From a virus (lineage: Duplodnaviria; Caudoviricetes): 27,644 bases of DNA. The notes under the pieces are model-generated. The model had not been told where the DNA came from and ran no database searches. It was given only the letters and a program-made list of their open reading frames with translations. Positions 9,801-16,441 of this stretch are shown here, one piece after another; within the stretch, counting starts at the first letter, position 1, and each line of letters starts with the position of its first letter. The stretch is from positions 1 to 27,644 of the IMG/VR virus record IMGVR_UViG_3300025723_000135; one strand, given 5' to 3'. Both the position numbers and the translations under genes were made by a program.

Positions 9801-11356
9801 GAACTGGAGCTTTAACTGCAACAAATGCAATAATTTCTGGAACTGTAACAGCAAGCAGTGGTTCAATTAATGGAAACCTTTCCCTGGGTGGGTCATTATA
9901 TTCAAGCAATTTAAAAGTTAAAAATATTTATGCAGTAACACCAAATGGAAGTAGCGGTGCGGTCTATACAGCATATTCACATACATTTGTTGCTGGAGAT
10001 GTTGTTGCAATTTCTGGTATATTGCCAATACAATATTCTGGTATATTTACAATTTCTTCAGTTACAACAGATACGTTTACAATTGCAACAAATACTAATA
10101 CTGCATCTATATCTTCAGTTTCTACATCTGCACAAGCAGTAGCTACAGGTGTTCAATCATTTATCTTAAATAATTCAGGTCTTATATTTAATAGCCCGTC
10201 TACAAAGGGAATTACAACAATTGATGGAACAACAGGCTTGTTTGTAACAAATGCTGCATATATTGGCGGGTGGAGTGTTAATTCAGCTGGTATATCTAAA
10301 ACAACTGGTCATGGAACATTAAAGTTAGATCAATCTAATGTATATATATCTGCCTCTAGTTCAACATATAGCTCTGGTATTGCTACTCCAAATTTAGATA
10401 GTTCTTCAGATGTTGTATTTTGGGCGGGAAGTTCAGGAGCAAGATCAACTTCAAATAATTTCTATGTAACAGCAGATGGAACATTACATGCATCAAGCGC
10501 AGTTATATCAGGAAGCATTACTGCAAACTCCGTAAACATAGATTCAAACAATCAATGGTACTCAAATAATTTTAAAGTTGGAAACGGTTCAACACAAAAA
10601 TTAAGTTGGGATGGATCAACTTTAAATTTAACTGGTGATATATCAGCAACTTCTGGAACTATTGGTGGATTCACCCTTACTAGTTGGGGTCTTCAAAACA
10701 GTGCAGATACTGTAGAGATATATGCAACTAATAGTGGTCCGCAAGGTGCGGTTTATTCTATTTGGACTTCCAAAAGCATTTTGGCAAAAGCTTTTCAAAC
10801 AGTCACGGGTGCCTCAAATGATTTAACTATAGCTGGTGGTGCTACTTTTGGTAATAGTAATTTTATAATTAATACAAGTGGACAAGTTTCAAGTAGTTTA
10901 TCTGTAACAGGTTCAACATATTTAATTGGCACTGCAGGCGCTTCTACTACAACTAGCTCTCCAAATTTATTTATAAATTCTAGCAGCGGATATATTGCTC
11001 GCTATTCTTCATCATCTGAACGATATAAAGAAAACATTGTTGATATAAAAACAATTTCTGGACTTAATCCTTCTGCTTTATTAAAAATTCCTGTTCGTTC
11101 ATTTACCTATAAAAAAGATTATTTAGATAATGATGATGCTCGTTTATCAAAATCAGTACCAGGTTTTATTGCTGAAGAAATGCAAGCTATTTATCCTATT
11201 GCGGTTGATACATTAAATGGACAACCTGAAACTTGGAATCCTAAATATATTATTCCTGGTATGTTATCGTTAATTCAAGATCATGAAAAAACAATTCAGG
11301 AATTGTCTAATAAAATAGATATACTTAAATCTAAATTTGACAGTTTAAACAATTAG
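6806..11356 (+). CDS. Tail fibre / receptor-binding protein with C-terminal intramolecular chaperone (peptidase S74-like)
   Basis: 1516 aa, S/T/G-rich beta repeats; SSERYKENIVDI..PVRSFTYK..GFIAEEM..YP..coiled coil is the self-cleaving chaperone signature. Confidence 0.9.
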   Translation: MATESLPVEGLTPNENYTIMVFATYTDPSGKLHTSPYSPALAISTPAVSASGGNFQTKNYGTDISLSGGSLFAGDFPADIGQVDLINGSVSGTGVVLNSTGLAGFANGTKQFYIDSATGKAYFAGTVTAGTVQIGPNVNNTGKDGIYINAYNYWYSDGSWSAKGSDIAGALVGSQILKPGAVSSLASNWNSSTNLTISWTFDTTAISAGNYSNQNTQTFILSLTAGGNTKTVLVKANTSSPSQSYVLTPTLNKSIFGVPQTVFTSISVVAQDTFGNLGLAASPITGATYVSPLAIPTSLSVTPINNGYNVTANPSTIFSDPNFQSMQISESTISATSWNSTNFNVVNQGTVNPVSVLTSDLNTRWVSASFVDVLGGTNGWSSVYSVTPNSPVTINTNAPNEVNSVSGSFSNSGSGNDVNISLTVYNISGITATNTSGNSMVYSSGSTPHGFASGDQIKITGMSISGYNATGLITVISSTSFSMSGTTTGSATGGTAQYSGISYIAKLISGSSSGYFYLNLDGTGNTSQSFTISSANIYSQLGAYYSTLSGTLISVNSSGIRSGGKSIASFSRNSTITSITPSPSISASVNGFVVSSDFSNTTAAYLEVYGQYYTWTTSELSSNFPDYMTATYSSGGAAGTNTVTLTNFLNEDGLTISPSLYLGYTITGSNIPSNTFVSAVSGSGPTYTLTLSTYSSGSIVASNFSGSGATGTYKINALLYSGSNPANIYSTFYAPTYLVVVYYDLFGNRSLPSTTGSSLFTPINPTTSLINSAVQVGGTAGAIYVGASASTGARILLGVDSYYNTGNNSYSGIFAYDGSATTNAAPTTSIISNAGSGGYTFSTTNAKIADWSINSTQIQNTLGSASNYVGLSATGKYSFWAGATTSGNSSDNASFSVTPTGNVLAKNISIVGSGTITGVNATATGGVMTYTTTSAHGLVVGQLISITGMTSGYNITNKAIESVPTPTTFTVTGTGIGSVSNGVITPILISSGNTFTVDGTGALTATNAIISGTVTASSGSINGNLSLGGSLYSSNLKVKNIYAVTPNGSSGAVYTAYSHTFVAGDVVAISGILPIQYSGIFTISSVTTDTFTIATNTNTASISSVSTSAQAVATGVQSFILNNSGLIFNSPSTKGITTIDGTTGLFVTNAAYIGGWSVNSAGISKTTGHGTLKLDQSNVYISASSSTYSSGIATPNLDSSSDVVFWAGSSGARSTSNNFYVTADGTLHASSAVISGSITANSVNIDSNNQWYSNNFKVGNGSTQKLSWDGSTLNLTGDISATSGTIGGFTLTSWGLQNSADTVEIYATNSGPQGAVYSIWTSKSILAKAFQTVTGASNDLTIAGGATFGNSNFIINTSGQVSSSLSVTGSTYLIGTAGASTTTSSPNLFINSSSGYIARYSSSSERYKENIVDIKTISGLNPSALLKIPVRSFTYKKDYLDNDDARLSKSVPGFIAEEMQAIYPIAVDTLNGQPETWNPKYIIPGMLSLIQDHEKTIQELSNKIDILKSKFDSLNN

Positions 11357-11366
11357 CTGCTACAAT
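11337..11366 (+). promoter_or_regulatory. Sigma70-type promoter TTGACA-N18-TACAAT with TG extension
   Basis: TTGACA 11337-11342, TG 11358-11359, TACAAT 11361-11366; AGGA then ATG 11390. Confidence 0.7.
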
Positions 11367-11389
11367 AAACAAAAGAGAATAGGACTATA

Positions 11390-11557
11390 ATGACTGAAAA
11401 AGTTGAATTAATAATTGCTGCCTTACAACAACGTATAGGCGAAATTGTATCACAATATGAAACACAAATTGCAGTATATCGTGCAGAGATAACACAACTA
11501 TCAGAAAAAGTAAATGAATTTTCTAATCAAGCTGTTGAAGAAAAGCCCGCCGAATAA
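11390..11557 (+). CDS. Small coiled-coil protein, 55 aa (not in ORF track)
   Basis: MTEKVELIIAALQQRIGEIVSQYETQIAVYRAEITQLSEKVNEFSNQAVEEKPAE; heptad pattern; fills the gap after the fibre gene; promoter and AGGA upstream. Confidence 0.8.
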   Translation: MTEKVELIIAALQQRIGEIVSQYETQIAVYRAEITQLSEKVNEFSNQAVEEKPAE

Positions 11558-11912
11558 AGTATATAACCCTGTTATCCCAAGTGGATTAATTGCTCATACC
11601 GAGAAGGGTTATTTTTATATCAAGGGTAACAAAAAATTTAAACTTGTATCTGAGAGAGCCATGCTCTCTTGGTCTTTGCCTGCAATAAAAACTAACGAAA
11701 TTATGATTAGTAAATTATTGATGTCGGGAACATTAGGTTTTAGAGACGGGTCTTTGGTTAAAGACGTCTCAGATGGTAAAATATATCTTATAAGCGATTC
11801 AAAACGTCGTCACATTATAAGCCCAGATGTGCTAGAATGGATGAATACAGCGGTTATTGATGCGGGACAAAAAGAAATTCTTGTCCATGAAGAGGGAGAT
11901 CCAATAGAGTGA
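11514..11912 (+). CDS. Hypothetical protein with two tandem ~55-aa repeats
   Basis: PSGLIAHTEKGYFYIKGNKKFKLVS..W aligns with RDGSLVKDVSDGKIYLISDSKRRHIIS..W; GTGA overlap with next gene. Confidence 0.75.
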   Translation: MNFLIKLLKKSPPNKVYNPVIPSGLIAHTEKGYFYIKGNKKFKLVSERAMLSWSLPAIKTNEIMISKLLMSGTLGFRDGSLVKDVSDGKIYLISDSKRRHIISPDVLEWMNTAVIDAGQKEILVHEEGDPIE

Positions 11913-12289
11913 CAACAAATTTAACATTACCACAAGACAATGCAGTTATTGATTACAGCATTATTTCTCAATTGGTTAATGCTATTAATCAACAGCAAGC
12001 AACAATTGATAGTATTACACAAGCTTCAACTGATCAAGGTGGCGGTTCAGTTATTACAAAAACTGCTGGTGGAGTTATAAAAGCAAACGGAACATCGCAA
12101 CTTTTTGAAATGGCAATTCCAGTAAATGGAATACAAACAGTAACTTCAGCAACTTTTACAGCATATAACTCTGCATCAAAACCAGTTAGTTGTTGGGTTA
12201 GTTCTACAAATGGTTCAAGATGGCAAATTTCAACTAGTGTAGCTGTAACTCAAATTTATTATATTGTGAATGGAACTGCAACAGCATAA
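11909..12289 (+). CDS. Hypothetical protein, possibly a short tail fibre-like structural protein
   Basis: 126 aa; N-terminal helix (ISQLVNAINQQQATID) then a T/S-rich beta domain ending YYIVNG; translational coupling on both sides. Confidence 0.55.
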   Translation: MTTNLTLPQDNAVIDYSIISQLVNAINQQQATIDSITQASTDQGGGSVITKTAGGVIKANGTSQLFEMAIPVNGIQTVTSATFTAYNSASKPVSCWVSSTNGSRWQISTSVAVTQIYYIVNGTATA

Positions 12290-12549
12290 TGTACGAACCT
12301 ATCAAAGCTTGGACTAAGCGGGATAGGAAAATAAGCCGTGAAGGTTATGTTTTAGTAAAAGTACCAGAACATCCTAAAAATTTTAAAGGTTGGTATTATG
12401 AACACCGCCTTATAATAGAAAAACAATTAAATAGAATTATAGAAGATTGGGAAACCATTCATCATATCAATGAAAATAAGATGGATAATAGGTTAATTAA
12501 TCTTTTTTTATGTTCAAGAATAGAGCATAATAAAGCACATGTTGCTTGA
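12289..12549 (+). CDS. HNH endonuclease (HNH_3 type)
   Basis: GYV..HP..YEHRLIIEKQLNR..ETIHHINENKMDNRLINL..EHNKAH. Confidence 0.9.
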   Translation: MYEPIKAWTKRDRKISREGYVLVKVPEHPKNFKGWYYEHRLIIEKQLNRIIEDWETIHHINENKMDNRLINLFLCSRIEHNKAHVA

Positions 12550-12575
12550 CAGAAACTAATACAATACGCTACAAT
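12546..12575 (+). promoter_or_regulatory. Sigma70-type promoter TTGACA-N18-TACAAT
   Basis: TTGACA 12546-12551; TACAAT 12570-12575; AAGGA then ATG 12601. Confidence 0.65.
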
Positions 12576-12600
12576 TAACTAAACCTAGACAAAGGATTAT

Positions 12601-13404
12601 ATGAGTAATGATTTAAAATGGATGCTATCATCTGATCAGCAATTTCCGTATCAAGATGACAAGGCCATTGAACTTTGGTTTAAAGTCATGAAATGGTTTA
12701 AACCAGATGTTGTTGATTATCTTGGAGACACAGATGATCAAGCCTGTTATAGCAAATATACAGAAGGAAGATCTGCAGAATTTATGCAACTTCATAAGAA
12801 CGATAGCAAAGATTTAATTGTTCCAATGATGCGACATGAAGCAAAAGGTGCAAGAGACTTTTATGCAAAGACCCGTGAAATGTTGCCAGAAGCACAGTTG
12901 TTTTCAGCTTTGGGAAATCACGATATTAGAATTTTTGATTATTTAGATAAAAAGCTTCCAGAATATCTTGCTGATATAACACCAGAATCTTTGTGGTCTT
13001 TAGATTCACTTGGATATGATTATATCTATTACAATGAGTTGCCTAAGCAACGATTTGGAGATATTCACGTTCACCATGGACTTTCAATTGCTGATTCGGG
13101 GGCAGTCAGAAAAGATGTCCTTGATCTTCAAGTATCTTTAATCAGAGGACATTCACATAGAATTGCTTCACATTTTGTTACATATGAACTCCCACTAGAA
13201 ACAAATGGAAGAATTCTTCGTGGATATGAAATCGGTCATATGTGTGATGAAAAGTCTGCAGGTATGAATTACACACAAAATCATGACTGGCAAAAAGGTT
13301 TCGCAATTGCACATATTGAGAATGGTCAACATCCTCATGTACAAATTGTGGAAATTTCTCGTGACTACACATGTGTAGTTGATGGGAAATTATTTTCGGT
13401 ATGA
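12601..13404 (+). CDS. Calcineurin-like metallophosphoesterase
   Basis: SDQQ (DxH position), GDTDD, GNHD, HHG and GHSH motifs in canonical order. Confidence 0.88.
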   Translation: MSNDLKWMLSSDQQFPYQDDKAIELWFKVMKWFKPDVVDYLGDTDDQACYSKYTEGRSAEFMQLHKNDSKDLIVPMMRHEAKGARDFYAKTREMLPEAQLFSALGNHDIRIFDYLDKKLPEYLADITPESLWSLDSLGYDYIYYNELPKQRFGDIHVHHGLSIADSGAVRKDVLDLQVSLIRGHSHRIASHFVTYELPLETNGRILRGYEIGHMCDEKSAGMNYTQNHDWQKGFAIAHIENGQHPHVQIVEISRDYTCVVDGKLFSV

Positions 13405-13468
13405 ATGTAAAAATTTATAATAAAAAGGTTTCAAGTCCTACATATACCCCTAACTATAAGGAGACAAA

Positions 13469-13765
13469 ATGAAGATAACAAACTCAGAGAAGACTCTAGT
13501 TGAGCACTACGTATACGCAACAGCATCAGCAGCAGTCATTCTTTGGCAGCGTGGTGGTGTCGCAAACCATAACCTAAAGCACGTTGCATTTGCAGCACTT
13601 TATGGTGTTATTGGTCCAGTTCTTGCAAAGGTTAACCCTCGTGGTTTGGTTGCAAAACTAACAAAGCAAGAGCACTTGTCTGCACCAGAAGCAGCAGTAC
13701 TTACTAATGTTGTCGCAGCAGCACAGTCAGATGCTGAAAAGGCACTTGCAAAGGCAGCTAAGTAA
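13469..13765 (+). CDS. Putative holin / small membrane protein
   Basis: 98 aa; two hydrophobic segments (YVYATASAAVILW; VAFAALYGVIGPVLA) followed by 'NP' and a charged tail, like actinophage holin-type proteins as I recall them; strong AAGGAG RBS. Confidence 0.5.
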   Translation: MKITNSEKTLVEHYVYATASAAVILWQRGGVANHNLKHVAFAALYGVIGPVLAKVNPRGLVAKLTKQEHLSAPEAAVLTNVVAAAQSDAEKALAKAAK

Positions 13766-13780
13766 CAAGACAATTAAATA

Positions 13781-13966
13781 ATGCTTAATTGTAAAAAATG
13801 TACAGGACGAGTATTCGTTGATAGAGTTTATTCCCAGAACCTACGGGTTGAATTGTTCTGTGCTTTATGTGGGAAAAGATGGATGATCAAGAGAGATAAT
13901 AGGTTTGGATCATGGGTAGCAAGACAGGAAGAAATAGTACAACACGCCTACGGTATTTCTATCTAA
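13781..13966 (+). CDS. Small zinc-ribbon protein
   Basis: CKKC..GRVFVD..FCALCGKRW. Confidence 0.75.
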   Translation: MLNCKKCTGRVFVDRVYSQNLRVELFCALCGKRWMIKRDNRFGSWVARQEEIVQHAYGISI

Positions 13967-14427
13967 ACGGCAAGTTGCACAAAGTTCTACGTCGCTCTCG
14001 TGCAGAGGACCTTATTGTCGCATGGGATTATCAGTTGGGTAAGCGTGTTGCTTATAGTTTGGCAGATGTCAATAAAAATAAACAACACGCCTACCCCATC
14101 AAAGAAGTTGTCCAATTAATTGGAAAACATGAAGATACAATTAAAATGCATTTGTATAGAGGTGATTTAAAATTTCCTCAAAGAGTTTATTCTTTAAACG
14201 GAAATAAAACTCCAGGAAAATATTTTTGGAGCGAAGATAATATTAGAGAAATGCATGATTTTTTTAAAACAGTTCACAGGGGAAGACCCAGAATTGATGG
14301 CGGGATTACTCCAGGAAATATGCCAAGCAGAGCAGAACTAGAGGCTATGATTAAACAAGAAAATATTTTATATGTTAAAAACAACGATGGGGAATTTGTC
14401 CCAGTTTGGAAGCAACCAGAATGGTAG
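13912..14427 (+). CDS. Winged helix-turn-helix DNA-binding protein (MerR/excisionase-like) with AT-hook-like RGRPR
   Basis: YPIKEVVQLIGKHEDTIKMHLYRGDLKFP..YFWSEDNI fits a MerR/Xis-type HTH; HRGRPR follows. Confidence 0.7.
   Translation: MGSKTGRNSTTRLRYFYLNGKLHKVLRRSRAEDLIVAWDYQLGKRVAYSLADVNKNKQHAYPIKEVVQLIGKHEDTIKMHLYRGDLKFPQRVYSLNGNKTPGKYFWSEDNIREMHDFFKTVHRGRPRIDGGITPGNMPSRAELEAMIKQENILYVKNNDGEFVPVWKQPEW
14037..14096. repeat. Intragenic inverted repeat (17 of 19 bp paired)
   Basis: GGGTAAGCGTGTTGCTTAT (14037-14055) pairs with ATAAACAACACGCCTACCC (14078-14096); 13 nt of the right arm also recur at 13939-13951. Confidence 0.8.
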
Positions 14428-14657
14428 AAAAGAAATTAAATAAAGAAGCAAAGCAAACGCTTGATGCTGCATTAAGAGTTCTAGAATACGCCATGGAGCT
14501 GGCTGGACAAAAAGATGACCTAGATGCTATGATAGCGATATCAGACCGCCTAATGATGTTGTATCAACATTTATCAGAAGGTAGTGCAAAGAAGTTTAAG
14601 CCAGGTTTTGCTTTAGTTGAAAAGGAAGAAAAAGATGAACACCCAGACGAGCATTAG
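14421..14657 (+). CDS. Hypothetical helical protein
   Basis: ORF track 14406 (TTG); ATG 14421 overlapping the upstream stop is the more likely start. Confidence 0.7.
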   Translation: MVEKKLNKEAKQTLDAALRVLEYAMELAGQKDDLDAMIAISDRLMMLYQHLSEGSAKKFKPGFALVEKEEKDEHPDEH

Positions 14658-14844
14658 AGTTGATCTACAATTCACACGCAACCTTGGAAATTATGAAAGC
14701 TTAAAAGTCGGAATTGCTGTTGAAGATTTTAAACGTCAAGGCGAATCAACAGATGAAGCAACAGATAGAATTTATGGTTTTGTTGAAAATAAATTAATGG
14801 AAAAAGTTGGCGAGATTGAATCAGAGTTAAAAGGTAAAAAATGA
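14635..14844 (+). CDS. Conserved-looking phage hypothetical protein
   Basis: TRNLGNYESLKV motif; ATG 14635 preceded by AAGGAAG; ATGA overlap with next gene. Confidence 0.75.
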   Translation: MNTQTSIRVDLQFTRNLGNYESLKVGIAVEDFKRQGESTDEATDRIYGFVENKLMEKVGEIESELKGKK

Positions 14845-15173
14845 CCAAAGATGAAGCAAAGCTTGCCTACAGCTTAGTTTCCTTATATTGTGCTCTTTAT
14901 AAAGAAACTTATAAAAAGCCTCCGATTGTAAATAAATATCGTGAAAAGTGGGCAATGCAAGATGTCATTGATAGTGTTGGCTATGATAGGTCTAAAGAGC
15001 TTCTTGAATATTATTTTAAAATTACAAAGTCAGGACATCCTTTGCAATGGTTTTTTTATAATTTTGAAAAGCTAGATCTTACATTGTCTCAAACACAAGA
15101 AGATAAAACACGCAGGGAATTAATTAGAAGTAAAACAAAGTTTATGGTTGAAGAAAGAGATAATGAACACTGA
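14841..15173 (+). CDS. Hypothetical protein immediately upstream of the helicase
   Basis: 110 aa helical, aromatic-rich; overlaps both neighbours. Confidence 0.75.
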   Translation: MTKDEAKLAYSLVSLYCALYKETYKKPPIVNKYREKWAMQDVIDSVGYDRSKELLEYYFKITKSGHPLQWFFYNFEKLDLTLSQTQEDKTRRELIRSKTKFMVEERDNEH

Positions 15174-16389
15174 ATCCGCAGTCATAACATCAGTATGTAC
15201 TAATAAAGATATTGCTACAGTACTTGCTGAAAATATTGATGAGGTATTTACTTCCCACAGAGATGTTTGGGAAGGACTTAAATCTTATTATTTAAAATTT
15301 AAATCTGTTCCAGACGTGTCTGTACTTACTGAAAAATTTAAAGATTTTGAACCCGTCAAGGTAAAAGGCGAAACAGCATATTACCTTGATCAATTAAAGA
15401 ATGAATATCTTGCATCTCGCCTCCGCAATTTGCTTTTAACTTCAGGAGCAAGCCTTAAAACAGAAGCTTCTTCAAGAGTTATTTTACAGATGCAATCGGA
15501 ACTCAACTCCCTTGGAAAACTTACTTCTGCTGTCCGAGATATGGACTTAACAGATTTTAAGCTGGCTGAAAAACATTTTGAATCAGTTAAAAATCGTTCT
15601 GATGCAATGGGCGGTAGCCCAGGAATTATGACTGGATTTAAAGCTATTGACTATGCATACCCTACAGGAATGGCTCCAGGACACCTTATAGTGATGATTG
15701 GTTGGCCAGGTAAGGGTAAGACTTGGTTCTCCTCTTATTTGGCCTGCAAGGCATGGGAACAGGGCTTTAAACCAATGATCATATCCCTTGAAATGACTCC
15801 AGAGAATATGCGTGACCGTATCTATACCATGATGGGGTCGGGACTTTTTAAAGCCTCAGACTTTTCAAGAGGACAAGTAGATATTAGTGCATTTGATGAT
15901 TGGGGAACTAAAAAGTTTGCTAATAAAAATCAATTTATCCTAGTCTCAAATGAAGGTACAGGTCAAGTTACACCAAATACAGTGCAAGCAAAAATTGATC
16001 AACATAAGCCTGATATTGTTATTCTTGATTATCACCAACTGTTTAATGATTCATCTGGAGCTAAATCAGAAGTTGAAAGAAATAGAAATATTTCTCGTGA
16101 CTTTAAATTGTTAGCAGTAAGAAATAATATTCCTATTATTGATATTACTGCTGCAACTATGGATGATATATCTGATCAAGATGCCCCGCCATTACTTTCA
16201 CAAGTTGCTTGGTCTAAAGCAATTGAATATGATGCTGATATGGCTATGGCAGTTCACAGAACTCCAGATACCAATATCATTGAAGTTGTTTCACGTAAAA
16301 ATCGTCACGGTACAGAATTTGATTTCTATCTTGATTGGGATTTAAATCGGGGTATTATTCAAGAATTGTATGATAATCCAATAGGGTAA
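15163..16389 (+). CDS. dnaB: DnaB-like replicative helicase (SF4)
   Basis: GIMTGF..D, Walker A GWPGKGKT, SLEM, Walker B ILDYHQ, IEYDAD, KNRHG; ATG 15163 preferred over TTG 15148. Confidence 0.95.
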   Translation: MNTESAVITSVCTNKDIATVLAENIDEVFTSHRDVWEGLKSYYLKFKSVPDVSVLTEKFKDFEPVKVKGETAYYLDQLKNEYLASRLRNLLLTSGASLKTEASSRVILQMQSELNSLGKLTSAVRDMDLTDFKLAEKHFESVKNRSDAMGGSPGIMTGFKAIDYAYPTGMAPGHLIVMIGWPGKGKTWFSSYLACKAWEQGFKPMIISLEMTPENMRDRIYTMMGSGLFKASDFSRGQVDISAFDDWGTKKFANKNQFILVSNEGTGQVTPNTVQAKIDQHKPDIVILDYHQLFNDSSGAKSEVERNRNISRDFKLLAVRNNIPIIDITAATMDDISDQDAPPLLSQVAWSKAIEYDADMAMAVHRTPDTNIIEVVSRKNRHGTEFDFYLDWDLNRGIIQELYDNPIG

Positions 16390-16397
16390 TTTATGTA

Positions 16398-16437
16398 ATC
16401 AATCTTTAAATTGATATAATTATCATGAAAGATTGGT
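16398..16437 (+). promoter_or_regulatory. Extended -10 promoter embedded in an imperfect palindrome
   Basis: TGATATAAT 16412-16420; arms CAATCTTT 16400-16407 / AAAGATTG 16428-16435 and TGATA 16412-16416 / TATCA 16421-16425. Confidence 0.65.
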
Positions 16438-16441
16438 GATC

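Noticed and set aside
9406-9909. 167-aa minus-strand ORF
   Set aside because: Antisense shadow of the Ser/Thr/Gly-rich fibre; its Pro/Val-rich composition mirrors the sense codons
6806-11356. Diversity-generating retroelement or invertible tail-fibre cassette
   Set aside because: No reverse transcriptase, invertase or duplicated template/variable region seen in the window
11774-11782. TGGTAAAAT as an internal promoter (also near 4398 and 22192)
   Set aside because: Inside genes and explained by Gly-Lys-Ile/Met codons; no independent support
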